Below the pieces are notes generated by a model. That model was given only the letters and a program-made list of their open reading frames with translations, had not been told where the DNA came from and searched no databases. DNA of 64,000 nt, from the NCBI GenBank assembly GCA_004431415.1, contig QPMI01000692.1, positions 1-64,000 on the forward strand, written 5' to 3'. Source of the stretch: Cyanophora paradoxa CCMP329. Taxonomy: Eukaryota; Plantae; Glaucophyta. Shown here one piece after another: positions 13,076 through 26,155 of the stretch (positions are counted from its first letter, which is position 1; each line of letters opens with the position of its first letter). Position numbers and translations under genes: made by a program.

Positions 13076-16000
13076 CTAGAAGAGGGGGCCGGCGCTGAGG
13101 CGGGCGTGGGCGATGCGCCCGAGCTGCTGCCGGGCGCGCGTCCAGAGCGCGCCGTTCGCGACGCCCACCGCGAGCTCGAAGGCCGCCTCGCCCTCGCGCT
13201 GCGCCTCGTCCAGCCTGCAGCGCGCGAGGAGGCGCCTGACGTGAGCTGAAGGATTCGAAGAGGCTAGTAAGGACGAGCTAATAAGGCTTATTCGAAGAGT
13301 TTGATGTGGGCTCGAGGCTCGATTTGAGAGAGGCTCGCTCGCTTCTCTAGGGGCGGCGCGGGCGGGCGCGCTTGTCTCTCTAAAGCCGGCGCGGGGGCGG
13401 GCGAGGGGCTTGACGCGAGCTCGAGGCTCTTCTCGAGTCGAGGGAGGCTCGCTCTTCTCTCCAGAGGCAGCTGCAGTGCGCACCTGTTGCACTTCATGCA
13501 CGTGTCCGCGCAGAAGCCGTGCAGGGTCGCCCGCAGGTACAGGCGCGACTCGGGGCAGACCTGCGCGGGCCGGCCGCTTAGCCTACGGATACGCTGAAGC
13601 CGAGCTTCAGCCGTCAGCCTCTTAATCTTTCTTCCTCTTAATCGTAGCCTTAATCTTTATCTTCCTAAGCTAAAGCGGAGCTTTGGCTTCTTTATCTTTC
13701 GCGTTGGCCGCATGGCTTGGCTTAAAATTAGCCTAGAAAGAGGGGAGGTGGAGGCACGAACCGCGAGGGCCCAGGAGTACACGCGCCGCGCCGCCTCGTA
13801 GTCGCTCGCGCGGCAGAGGCCGTGCCCGGCGTCCTGTTTCGTCGTACCCGTACCCCTCAGAACCTTGAAACAGGGTTGCGGGGAGGGGTACTACCGCACC
13901 CGAAGCTGGACGGCGCGGGCGCGGGCGAGCGCGGAGTAGGGGGCGGCACCGCCGCAGTCGCGGGGGCAGACGGACGCGATGCGGGCGAGCGCCAGCAGCG
14001 CCGCGTCGCAGGGGGCTACCGCCACGTGGCCCACCTCGCCCCCCGGGTCCTGTACCCCGGCGTTCAGGTCCTTTCTTGTTGGGTGGAGGGGTACGGCGCG
14101 CGCACCCGCTCGGGGGGCAGGACGACGGGGGACGCCGTCAGGGCGGGTACCCAGTCGCTCGGGAAGGGGGGGTCCGAGTCGGGGGAAGACTCCGGGGTAC
14201 GGCGGCGGGCGCTCGCGGGCGGAGGGAAGAAGGTAGGGCCCCGGGGCTTGCCCCACGCCGCCGCCGGGCTCTCATCGTACCCCCCCTCGTCGTCCTCCGC
14301 GCAGGGCCCCGCCGCAGCGTCCAGGAGGGCCTCCAGGAGGGGTACCGCCCCCGCGCCGGCGGCCGCGCGCGCCCCGTCCGAAGTTGCGCAGAGGTGCGCG
14401 ATGCACTCGATGACGTACCCGGTTTGCTGCCGCCCCGCTTGAGCTCGGCAAGTAACCCATCAAAAAAGCGACGCCGTACCCTCCTGCGGCACTCGAGGGC
14501 GTCCAAAAGCTCCGCCTCGCCCGGCGCATGCCGCTCTTCGTCGTTTAGGTAGCGCCCCGCCTGGAGCGGGAGTGGGAACGGGCCCCCGGCGGACTCGAGC
14601 CCGGCGCACCTGTACGAACGTGTATACCCGGTCGTCGATCTCCTCCTCCAGCGCGCTGCGGACCGCGGGTGAGGGGGGTAAGGGGGCGAGAAGCGGGCGG
14701 GGGGGGGTACGGCGCACTCCTCGAGGCAGTTGGCGAGGGCGTCGAGGGGGTCGCCGTACCCCCCCGCCTCCCCCGCGCGCCGCAGCAGATCGTGCACCTC
14801 CACCTCCTCGGACGGCTCCAGCACCTGCCGGGGCCGCTCGCTCACTCGGGGGGTACAGCGATGCGGGGGCGGGGAGGGGGGTACAGGAACAGGAACCTTT
14901 GGGGAGCGGCCCGGGGGGGCGGAGAGGAGGCAGGCGAGGGCCTCGGCGGCGTGGAGGGGGGCGAGTGACTCGGGGAAGGCCCGGGGGGGGGCCCGCGTGG
15001 CCTGGCCGAGCAGCGCTCCTAGGAGCCCCGGGCGGCGTGCGAGGCGGGCGCGGGCGCCGGGCCGCGGCGCCGCGCGGCACGCGAGGGCGGCCAGCGCCAC
15101 GGCGCCCGCCTCGTGGACGACTGCGGCGAAACTGCGGCCGCGGCCCGCCTCGCCCGAAGCGAACGAAGCGAACGAAGCGGCGCACCGGGGAGCGTACTTG
15201 GCGTCCCCCAGCCGCTCCTTGATGAGCCGGGGTACTGCGAACGCAGCCGCTTCAGAAGGCCTTCGAAGGGATAGGGGCGCGGGCGGCGGGCGCGGACCGC
15301 GGCCGCGTGCGCGGGGGAGGTCCCCGGCGGCCGAGGCGGCGTCCAGGTCAGCCAGGACGTGCTCGGGCCCGACGGAGAGCAGTTCCAGCAGCGCGGCGGC
15401 CAGCGCCCCGCCCGGGCCCTCCTCCTCGTCCTCGGACTCCTCGTACCCCTCCCAGGGCTCGCCGAGGGCGGGCAGGGCCAGGTCGGTGCGCAGAACGGCC
15501 GCCTGCGCGAGGAGCGCCGCCTCGTAGCGCCCGCGGAGCGACGCGTCCCGGAGCAGGGCCGCGAGCCGGGGCAGAAGCTCCGGGCAGCACCGCAGCTGCG
15601 CCGGGAAATTAGATGGACGCGGATGGGGACGGCGGGGCGCGTCCGCGCCTGCGCCGCGGCCAATGCGCGCGATGTGGAGCCCCCGCGGCGGTCCAAGAGC
15701 CCGCGGAGGACGGTGCAGGCGCGCGCCGCGACCGCCACGGAGTCTTCCCCCACGAGGCCGACGAGGGCGGGCACGAGGCCCGCGCGGATGAGTCCCTCCG
15801 CGAGGGAAGTGCAGCGCGGCGCCTTCTTGTACTCGGCGGCGGCCTCCTTCCAGCTCGGGGCGAAGGTGCGGCAGGTCGGGAGGTCGGGCTCGACGTCGCC
15901 CACGGAGTCCAGCGCGACCTCATCGTCCTCATGCTCCCGCGCAAGCGCCGCGTAGATGCTCGTCAGCGTCGTCTGCGCCCCCGCGGCGTCAGCGGAAGGG

Positions 16001-16110
16001 TTCGGCGAGTTCGTGCGGTTAGAGCGGGCGGGGCGCGCGCGAACCAGCTGCTCATGCTCCTCCAACGCGTTGAGAAACTGGACCTGGCGCACAAGGCAGG
16101 CCGCATCCAT
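13076..16110 (-). CDS. Armadillo/helical-repeat protein with TPR-like C-terminus, multi-exon
   Basis: ARM-like segments (LIRAGLVPALVGLV...AARACTVLRGL; AAGAGAVPLLEALL). C-terminal exons DYEAARRVYSWALA and EAAFELAVGV. Splice sites are consistent. Confidence 0.5.
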
Positions 16111-16303
16111 CCCCCCAATTCGAATTCCACGGCTGGCTGAAGTTTCACGCTACCCCTGACCTGCTCGCTCCCCCCTAGCAAGCTGCGCGCGACGAAGCTG
16201 CGTGATTCGAGCGTCGGCGCGCGATCCAGCTCAGCTAGCAGCACAGCAGGAGCCGCTCGATCTAGCCTAGGCCCGCCCGCCCTTCGCAAAGTATCTTGGC
16301 GCA

Positions 16304-17456
16304 ATGGCGTCGGTGCTCGAGAGCGTGGACTGGGCGGCGGTTAGGGATGCGTTCGCGCCATCGGCACAGTACATGTGCTACTGGGCGACTTCGTTCTTCG
16401 CGCTCTGGGCTGCGGTGGGCAACCGACTCACTTTCGACGACAAGAACCGCATCATCTCGATCCTGCACGCCATCGTCGCGGTCGCCCTCTGCTTGGTCGA
16501 GCGGGTACAGGAGCCCGCTCTGAACGTCGGTGCGGGCGCCCGCGCGCCCGCCCGCCTCCCCGCCCGCATCTCCGCTGACCGGCCGCGCTCGTGCCGCGCC
16601 GCAGGGGCGCCAAGCACGCCATTCCAGCACATGATCCTCGAGATCTCGTTGGGGTACTTCGTTTATGACTTCATCGCGTGCTCCATCCACGGGGAGGTTC
16701 GCACCCGCCGCTCCGCGCCCCGCCCCAGCGCGCGTGCGCGCCCTAGCTGAGCGCCGACCCGATCCGCGCGCACCGCGCGCCACCTTAGGACTTTGCGATG
16801 ACTTTCCATCACATCGGTAAGAGAGCGTGCGCGGCCGCCGCTGCCCGCCGCCGCCGCCCACGCTCCGCCGCCCGCAGTGACGAACCTCGGGCTGGCCTTC
16901 GGCGTCTGGCTCCGCCAGTCCGGCTCCGAGCTCACCGCCTGCCTCTTCATGATGGAGGCTAGCTTGAACCCCCCGCCCCGCCCCTCCAAGCGCAGCTGAG
17001 CTCGCCTCAGGTGACGAACCCGATGCTGCACCTGCGGACGATGCTGCGGGCGCACGGCATGAAGGACACGCCCGTCTACCAGCTCAACGAGAAGGTCTTC
17101 TTCATAACGTTCTTCTTCGCCCGGTGCGCCCGTACCCCTCGGCCGGTCGACCCCCACCCGACTCACCTGTATCCCTCCTCCCCCGCAGCATGGTCGTCGG
17201 CAGCTACTTGTGCTACGTCACGGGAATGTCCGACAAGTCCCACATCGCCGTCAAGATCGGCGGCTTCGGCATCTACTTCATCTCCATGTTCTGGTTCATC
17301 AAGGTGCCGTACCCCTCCCCCGGCTCGAGATTTCGTACGCGTACCCCCATCCTCACGCCCCGCGCGCAGATGCTGCAGACTGCAGCGCGGAAGGTCGCAG
17401 CCGCGAAGAGGCCGCGCGGCGAGGGCGCCCCCGCCTCGCGCAAGAAGGGAGAGTGA
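16304..17456 (+). CDS. TLC (TRAM/LAG1/CLN8) domain membrane protein, TMEM136/TLCD5-like
   Basis: Spliced product: NRIISILHA...SLGYFVYD...MTFHH...SGSELTACLFMME-VTNPMLHLR...FFITFFFAR...ISMFWFIK. Confidence 0.88.
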
Positions 17457-17573
17457 AGCTCGAGTTCCGGAGAATAATAGTTAGTGCCACCTAGCTGTAG
17501 GAAGGGTTCAGTTTGCTCATTTTGCTTTCGGCCGTCTTTGTTTGAAAGATTGCTTCTACACGGGTACCGGAAT

Positions 17574-20500
17574 TTACAGGGCCGCCTCGGCCTCGAGGAG
17601 CTCATCCTCGGGGGGTACATCCTCGTGCGCGGCGGGGGGGTACGGGGCCGCGCCGCGGGCGGGCCGGCGGCGGCGGGCCGGCGAGCCGGCGGTCTCGCTG
17701 GAGCTCGAGGCGTCGTACGAGGAATCGGTGTACCCCCCGTGGGTGGGGGGCGAAGAGGCCTCGTGCTGGGCGGCGGCGGGGGAGGGCGGGTCGCTTTGGA
17801 CTGGCCCCCCGGGGGCGGGCGAGGGTACGGCGGCGACGGGGATGGGGGGCGAGTAGGAGGAGGCGTGGGCGCGGGGTCCGTGCCGGCCGCCGCCGCCGCC
17901 GCCGCCGCCGCGGGCGGCCAGGGGCGCCGGCCGGGGCGGGGTGGCCTCCTCCTCCCGCCCGCTCTCGTCCGGCGAAGACGGCGCGCGCCCGCGCACGGCC
18001 GAGGGCGCCTGCGGCCGCTCCGCCCCGCGCTCCCCGCGGAAGCTGAGGTTGTGGTGGTGGTGCCGGGGCGGGAGCCTCTCCACCTCGTAGAGGAGCAGGC
18101 CCGAGCCGGCGCCGGCGGTGACGAGGCGGGAGCCGTCTCGCGAGAACGCGACGCGGGAGACTGTACCCGGGTGCCCCACGAACGCCTGGCGCGGGCAGGG
18201 CGCCGCCGGCGTTCGGGAGAGCGCGTAGGGCCAGAGCCGAACCATGCTATGTCTCCCTTAGCGGGCGAGCGGGGAGGAGTGGGCGGGAGGGGGGCACCGG
18301 TCCGAGCCGCCCGTGGCGATGAGGCGCCGGTCGGGGCTAATGGCGAGAGCGTCGCAGCCGGCCGAGTGGATGCGATGCGCCTCGGAGAGCAGCGACCTGG
18401 GGGAGGAGAAGGGACCTCAGGGGGGTAAGGCGAGGGACGGGGAGAGGCGGGTGTACCCCGTGCGGCAGTTGAAGCGCTGGAGGCGCATGTCGAGCGTCAC
18501 GGCGACGATTTCCTGCGGGAAAGGAGGCGGGGTACGATCGGCGGGGTGCTCTCGAAGGCGGGTACTGGATTCCTGTACGGACCTGGCCGCAGGGGGAGAA
18601 TGCGATGCGCCCGAATCCGAAGTCCGGGACGGGGGGCGGGGCGACGGGCGGGGGGGACAGCATCGCCGGGGGGGTAGGGGAGGCGCCCGCGGGGCGGCGG
18701 CCGGGGCGGGCGCGGCGGCGCGGCGGCCGCCCCCCGAAGCCGGGTGGGAGTACTCGATTCTCAGAACCTCCGAAAGGCTCTTCGCATCGAAAACAACAAT
18801 GCAAGTCGCCTCCGGTCCCACGCACGCGAACTGGGTGCTGGGGGGTACTCAGAAATGAGAGATGGGGGGTGGAACGGCCGGGGGTACGGCTGGGGCTCGG
18901 ACCTGTCGGGGGATACGGCGATAGAGACGACGGCGGTCGGGCGCATGGAGGCGAGCATCTTGACGGGCCGGTGGAGCAGCGTCGGGTCGTACGCGCAGAC
19001 GTTCCCGTCCTGGGGAGTACGACCTCAACGCGGGACGGGGTACGCCGCGGTTCGGGTATTTGGGGGGGTTCGGACCTCGGAGGAGGAGTAGAGCCGCTCG
19101 CCGTCGGGGGTGTACGCCACCTGCATGACGGGGCCCTTGTGCTGCTTGAACTCCTGCGGCGAAACGTGAGCTTGCACAGGGGTACGTCGTTTAAGGGGGG
19201 GGGGGGTTGGAGCCGGAGCGCGCCTGGAGCACGCCGGTGTTCGCGACGTCGAGGATGCGGACCGCCCCGGACTCGAACCCGACGGCGAGCAGGTGCACGC
19301 GGGGGTGGTACGCCGCGCAGCGCGGGATGTCCCCGGGGCAGTCGAACTCGTACAGCTGGAGGGTACAGCGTTCGGCGGAAGAAAAGAGGGGGTACGGGAT
19401 TCCGAACCTGCTCGCCGGCGTCCGCGGACCAGACGCGAATGGTTCCGTCCGCTGATACCGTCGCAAACTGCCGTCCGGGGTACGCAAGTGAGCGGGGCGC
19501 TATTTTTAGAAGAGGGAGAAGGGCTCGGGCGGGCGCGCCTCATTACGGGTCGGGTTGGGGTCTACAGCGATGTCGTGGATCGAATCCACGTGGGACCGCA
19601 AAACGGTCTTCGAAATTCAGAGACGGGGGTACGTGAGAACGGGCGAGTGGGCGGGAAGGGGCGGAAGCGTACCCGGTATTCGTGGGTGGGTACGTCGAGG
19701 ATTCCGAGCGCGCCGTTCTCGCAGCCGACGGCGATGCGGAGGCAGTCGGGGGACGCGCTCACCGACGTCACGGGGCCTGCCGGGGGGTACGGGGTCAAAA
19801 GGAGCGCCCTGGCGAAAGGAAGGGAGGGGGAAATGGGCTCGAAAGCGAATTCGCGTACCCTCGTGCTCGGCCTCCATGAGCGAATCGGAGAAATCGAGTG
19901 GCCAGACGCGCAGGAACTTGTCGTCGGACGCTGTACCCCCCAAAACACGTGAGCGGGATGCTCGAGCTCGGAAAGGGGCGCCGCGCGGGTTCGAACCGGT
20001 GACACAGAAGCCGTCGTTCACAGAGAGGCCGTTGATAGCACCGTCGTGCAGCCGGAAGACGCATTCAAGGGACCGAGAGGCGTAGTTGATCTGTCGGGGA
20101 AAGGGGCGATGAGGGGGGGCAGAGCTGGGGGCCTGGCGGGGGTACCTGGTAGACGCATCCGTCGTCCGTGCACGCGAACATGCGCCGGTCGTCCACGTTC
20201 AGGGCGCGGTACCCTCCCTCGAAGCCGACGTCGAGGAAGTTGCGGCCGGGGCCGTGGGGCCCGAGGGGTATGCCCATGTCCCGGAGCTTGCCCTCCTTGA
20301 GGCGGTACACGCGAACGTTCTCCCGCCCGCACGTGACGATCCGCTGGTCCTCGAAGGGAGAGAATAGGACCCGCCGGATGTCGAAGGGGCTGACGTGCCG
20401 AGCCACCAGCCGCGGGTCGCCTGCGGGGCGCGTTCGGATCGCGAGGGGGGTACGCCGTGCGCGACTGGGGGTACGGTACGGACCGCCGTCGGGTACGTCG

Positions 20501-21454
20501 AGAAGGTCCCAGAGCGTGAGGACGGGCCGGGCTGGGGGCGCGCAGTCGGATTTGATCGGGCGGAGCTTAAGATTTGATCGCACCCTGATGGTCGCGGCCT
20601 CCGAATGCGAGGAAGCGACCCTCGAGGGACCAGTCGACGGTCCAGGCGGCGGTCGCCCGCGGATTGAACAGCGCCACGCTCCGCATCGTCGCAAGGTTCC
20701 ACACGCGCACCTGCGCGATGCGGGCGGCTGAGCTGGACGGCGCGGGGGAACCCGGGGCGGGAACGGGCGCGCCAGCGGGTGCTTCCCCTCCTGGATGGTA
20801 GCGAGCAGCTCGCCGCGCGGCTGCAGAGCCATCGCGGCGATGGGCGCCGTGTGCCCCGCGAGGAACTGCTGCGGGCCGCAGCCGCCGCCGCCGCCCCGCG
20901 GGGCTCGCACGGCCTCCTCCCGCGGCGACACGTCCATCACGACGACGGTCGACGCGCACGAGAAGATGAGGCGCCGCCCGTCGGGCGTCCACAGCACGTT
21001 CCGCGGCGTCTCGCCCGCGAAGCCGAGCAGCTGCACTCCCGCGGTTAGCTGGCGCGGCGGCGTTGGCGCCTGCTGCGCTGCACACGCAGCACACCTTCCC
21101 TAGAGCGAGGAGAGGAGATGGCTCCGCCAGGCGCTGCGCCACGGCCGGATCCTGCGACGGGATCCCCGCCTCGCTGAGCGTCTCGCTCATGGACTCCTCG
21201 TGGATGAACGGCGGAGGCGGCTCATGCGAGCCGTGCCAAGACGCTGAAGCTAGAAGGGGCGAGCTGATATGGACCGTCTCGAGGCTTGGCGGCTCCTCCT
21301 GGCGCTGAGCGGGGACGCCGAACCGCTGATCTGCGAATTCAAATTTGAGAGAGCGCGGGCGTGTTTAAAGCGGCCCAGAAGCACCATCGTCACTGCAGTG
21401 AAGCCGGGACATGCCCCGCAACACGCGGTGCGCGATGTCCTCTGCGCGTTCCAT
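17574..21454 (-). CDS. WDR90: WD-repeat protein WDR90/POC16-like (centriole/basal body)
   Basis: Diagnostic segments QQFLAGHTAPI, FSPFEDQRIVTCGRENVRVYRLKEG, SDDKFLRVWPLDFSDSLMEAEHE-GPVTSVSASPD. Many WD40 exons. Confidence 0.85.
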
Positions 21455-22221
21455 GTTGCCGGCTACCCCCCTATCGCCGGGTACAGTGATTCCTCCAATT
21501 TTCGCAAATTTCAGGATTTCCGTGGGAAATGAAAGCTCAATGCGTTCACAGTTACGTATACGTTCACTCGTTCACGTGCGCGCATCAAGCGTACATATAC
21601 GTATACGCGGCTCATGCCGCAGTGCGCATGCTATGATGATGCGCATGCAGCGCATCCGATCACGACCAGTCGGACGCCCCGCGGCGCCGGCCGGGCCCCC
21701 GACATCAACACCGCGCTGCCCGCGCATTGGTAGCTATCGGCGCATGCGCACCATCGGCGGTTGAGATCTAGAGCCTCGGAGCGAGCTCGAGCCTACTAGT
21801 AAGCCGCCGGGCCGGGCCGGGTCCCTGCTCATGATCAGGCCCGCAATTGCAATTAATTGCAACCAGTTTGGACCCGCGGCCGAGCGCCGATCGCGAGGGC
21901 CGAATCCCGGAGCCCGGAATTGTATGCGCGCAGTGACAGCCGCCGCCTCGCGCAATCGGCGCCGGCCCTCGCGATCGCCCAAGCGCTTTAAATTCATGCT
22001 CGCGCAGAACGGGCCGGCGGAGGGCACCGGCAGCTTCTGCCTCGCTGGCTCGTTCTAGATCTGAAGCCACGTATACTAACATCTTTTTACGAAAGCTATC
22101 ATCTACAAGCGAAAGAACGAAATACAGCGTAATCATTTAGAGCGCTCGCAAATTTAATGGAGGCTATAAATCTGAAAGAAATGATTTCGATGTCGATATC
22201 GATCTAGATTTAGAGTTCGAT

Positions 22222-23684
22222 CTAGATCCGCGCAGCACTCGCGAAGCCGGCCGCCATGGCAAGGCACGCCGCGACGATGGCAAGCAGCCCCGAAGGGACG
22301 ACGCCGGCGCCGATTGCGACGGCGGCCGAGGCAAAGTATGGAACGGCAGCCACTCCAGCGGGAGTCCAAGTGAACGCCTGCAAAGCAAAAACGACGTCAA
22401 TCCAGCTCAACGAGCTCAGGGAGCGATATTAAAAGGGCGACGTCAAGTGCGGAATTCATTTTTATGACGCACATTCAGCAACGTGAAGGTCGACTGGATA
22501 AATAATCAGCACATGCGCGCGCGCTCGCGAGAGTCAGCGAAATTCGCACTAGTTCGAAATTCGAAACGGAGTTCAAAACTTGAAACGCACGAAAGATCCG
22601 GAGGGGCTACTGAACCGCAGAGCATAGTTCGAGTTCGGCACGAAGGCGTCGACGGCCTGCGCATGCGCAATATTAAAATATATAGTTGTAATTATTGCAA
22701 TTGTCGTTAACGAAATTAAGCTAAATTTCATATAGATATATATATCGATGTAACGCGCTGTCGATCAGATCTAGATATCGACAATGGATTTTTCTATTGC
22801 AAAGAGCGCCATTTGCAATATTAATATTAATGTCTAGGTTCGCCGCGCACCGCAAGCAGGGTGCGTTGCGAGCGTCCGCTGTTGCAGGTCGCCACCGGAG
22901 GAATGCCTGTGCGAGCATTCGGAATCAGCTGTAGTATGATATGATCATGACCATGGTTGCATATATTAAAGCGCTTGAATTCGATCTAGATCTTGAATTC
23001 GGGAATTGCGGGCCGGGTGGAAGAAAAACAAATCCAACGCACGGAACGAAATGAGAGTCGAGCTGATGATCCTGCCGTTGACTGCCTTGCACTCGCTTGC
23101 TCCGGAGACGATGAACACGTCGATGTTGGAGGGGTAGGGACCCGGGAAGTTCTGCAAATCATTAAATCAACGTTAACGCACGTGGCCATGAAAATCAACT
23201 CGAAAAATTGCGCTTTAGTTTCTATTCCTAGGCCTGCAATAAGCAAAATCGCTATCGGAACGTTCGTCGATATTATATATATGGACGAATTCGAATTTTC
23301 GAACCTCTCCGTTGATGGTGACCTCGCCTCCGTCCGCCTGGGGGGCCCGGACGACGGGCCGCTGGACGTCCGCCGTGTTGGTGACGGGGTCGAAATTAAG
23401 GCTGAAGGACGAGCCGACGCCCTGCACCACGATTCTCGTGATGTTCTGCACGGGGTTTAAACCCAAAACGATCATGAGTCATATTTGCAGCCAGGCTCTG
23501 TCACTTTGTATACGTATACGTAAACAATATAATAAAAGGCGCACCAGGACCGGGGGCTTGGGCGTTGGGAGAAGCGACGGTACCGGTGGCGGCAACGGGG
23601 ATGGGGACGGGCTCGGCGTGCTCGTCGCCGGCGCCGGCGGGGGCGCGGAGGTACCCGGGGAGGGGGTCGGCCCGGCCGCGGCCC

Positions 23685-23716
<32 letters not shown>

Positions 23717-24333
23717 GGTGACGCCGACGGGCTTGGCGTCGACGAGGGGCTGGGGCTCGCCGACGGGCTCGGGCTCGGGCTCGGGCTCGGAGAAGGAGTC
23801 ACGGCCGTCGGATCCACGCAGACGTTGGAGACGTTGACGAGCGGCGGCTTGCAGGCGCAAATGGGGCGCATCGCGACGAACCAGTAGCCGGCGGGGTCCG
23901 ATGATACGAAAGAATTCCGTTCAGGGAACGCCTGTGAGCTTGGTGTCCTGGTGTCCCAGGGCGGCATTGTGGCGGTTGCCAGAAGCGACCGTCTGAGAAG
24001 ACGCTCGATCACGTTTACAGTAACGGGTCCAAGGTATTCGTCAATTTCGCTAGAGCAATTGTACGCGGTGGCGACCATTGACTGCCCCGCGGTGCAATTC
24101 TTCAAGCAGTAGCTTATCCCGTTGTACTGCTGCACCGTGCTCCCGACCGCGGTGCAGCCGCTGGTCGAGCATATCGGGCCGCCGGCGCCATCGACGATAA
24201 TCGAGCGGTCCACCGCGCAGCTGGCGCATCCGCTGACCAGCGCAGGTGCGAACGCCGCCAAAACAACGACGGAGAAGGCAGCAGCTGTGAAGGCCGGTCG
24301 CGTACGTCGCGATATCGATCGCCCGCGGCTCAT
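22222..24333 (-). CDS. Secreted/surface Cys-rich protein with (Ser-Pro)n hydroxyproline-rich stalk and hydrophobic C-terminus, multi-exon
   Basis: Signal peptide (AFSVVVLAAFAPALVSG), Cys-rich domain, SPSPSP tract, downstream exons (NITRIVVQG..., NFPGPYPSNIDVF...) and hydrophobic tail (GLLAIVAACLAMAAGFASAARI*). Confidence 0.6.
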
Positions 24334-24746
24334 GGCTCCCGGCGGATCGTCGGACAGACTCGGACCGTCGGACAGACTCGGGCTGAGATCTAGACGTCAA
24401 CGTCGATACTGCACTGCGAAGTTGTTCTCCCTGCAGCGGCAGCGCCGGCAGGCTAGGCTGCAGCCTGCAGCTAGCTAATGAGAGAAGGAGCGCGCCGCGG
24501 TGCCGGCCCGATATATATAGGATCATATAGCTATAGGGCCAGTATAGGCTTAGTAGGCTATAGCTAGTAGCTACTACTATACTAGTAGTAGCTATCGATA
24601 TCATAGCTATATATATAGCATAGGTAGCGTCTCCGAGCCTCGGAGATCCCCTGAGATTCTCAGATTCCCCTCACTGAAGCATCCTCGCCGAGTCGGAGTC
24701 TCCGAGTCTCGGCCGGCGGACCTCGCGCAGACTCGCGCGGCGCAGT

Positions 24747-25255
24747 CAGGGTTCCGGCCGAAAAAGTTTTCGAAAAATAAAACAAAATTTTCTGTAAAAG
24801 TTTTTGCAAAATGTTTTGGTCTCGGCTGGACGCTCAAAAAGTTTTGCTCGAGAAAATATTCGGGGGGCCCTTTTCTCGTGCAGAACACGTCGTAATAAGC
24901 TTCCTATACGTATCTCTTGCATGTATAATGAAGTTTAAGCGATAAGCAATGCGATAGGGGCACTCTGCACGTCGATAAGGGTCAGACCTCACTGTACCCC
25001 TGGCGAGCCCTTTAGCTAGGAAATTCATGAGTGTGCCTTCGCCCAAATGGGCTCGAAATAAAACTTCTGACCACTTTTCATGCTACAAGAATGTTAAGAG
25101 GACCTTAAGAGCACGTTTAGAGCGCGTTTGCGCGCCTCTGGAACGTGCCTTCTCATTTGTATGGCAAAACTTTTTGAGAAAGTTTTCAAAAATTTTTAAA
25201 AGTTTTAAAAAGTTTTTGGGGGTCTCCTGGGCCCACAAAAAAATTTGGAACTCTG
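24747..25255. mobile_element. hAT-type MITE (509 bp)
   Basis: Termini CAGGGTTCC...GGAACTCTG (1 mismatch) flanked by a perfect 8-bp TSD GGCGCAGT (24739-24746, 25256-25263). AT-rich, non-coding. Confidence 0.88.
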
Positions 25256-26155
25256 GGCGCAGTGCCACTCACTGGCTCAATGGCACATTGGCACTCATGA
25301 TCAGTGACTGGGCCAAAAAAGTTCTGAACAAATTCGCAAAAATGTTAGCCTGTTTTTGCCGAATTGAGACTTCATGACTCTTCGCCAAGAGAAACTGAAA
25401 GAAACTCCGGAAGGCTCCGACCGTACGTGTCGGACACTTTACATGTACATCACAGTACATGTACACTGTGAGTCTGTGACATGTGCTGCATTGTGCGGCA
25501 CTGCGGCATTGTGCGCGCATCATCGCGGCGCATGCCAATGATGCCATGATGCTCCGAGACTCCGAGCTCGACTCGGCGAGGCTCCGAGCCTCCGACGCCG
25601 CTTCCGATCGCGAGTCACTGCAGCGGCAGTGCAGCCTGGCAGCCTGCAGGCTGAGTCACAGAGTCTAGAGTCTCCGACCCCGGCCCGATTACGTATATAT
25701 ACTGTAGAACGGGTAATATCTAAGACCCCAAAATATTTAGTAATTCCGGGGTTCGGCCGGTTTATTAGGCTGAAAATAATCATAGAGAGGCTTTAGTACG
25801 GTCCTTTAGAAGGGTGGGAGCGGCGCGCGCAAGGGTGTCAGGACTCAGGAGCAACGCGCTTCACACTGGCGGTACTGCGCATGCGAACTCAGAAAGCACG
25901 TGCACTGCGAAATTGGCACGTGCACTGCGAAATATGTGCAGCCTGCGGATATCATTTGCGCTGCGATATCATTAGCGCTGCGAATACAAATTGTCACCAT
26001 ATGGGAAAGCAATATAATTATACTATGATAACTTAAGTAATTATGCATATGAGCCCTGCAATTGAGCAGTGAGCATTGGGTACATTTACGTGTATACGTA
26101 CCGTATACGTAGTACTGCGAATGCGCATGCCTACGGGAAGTCCAGCTATATTGCA

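Noticed and set aside
13076-16110. CTNNBL1 assignment for the ARM gene
   Set aside because: The diagnostic HEN and ENLFD-type motifs were not found.
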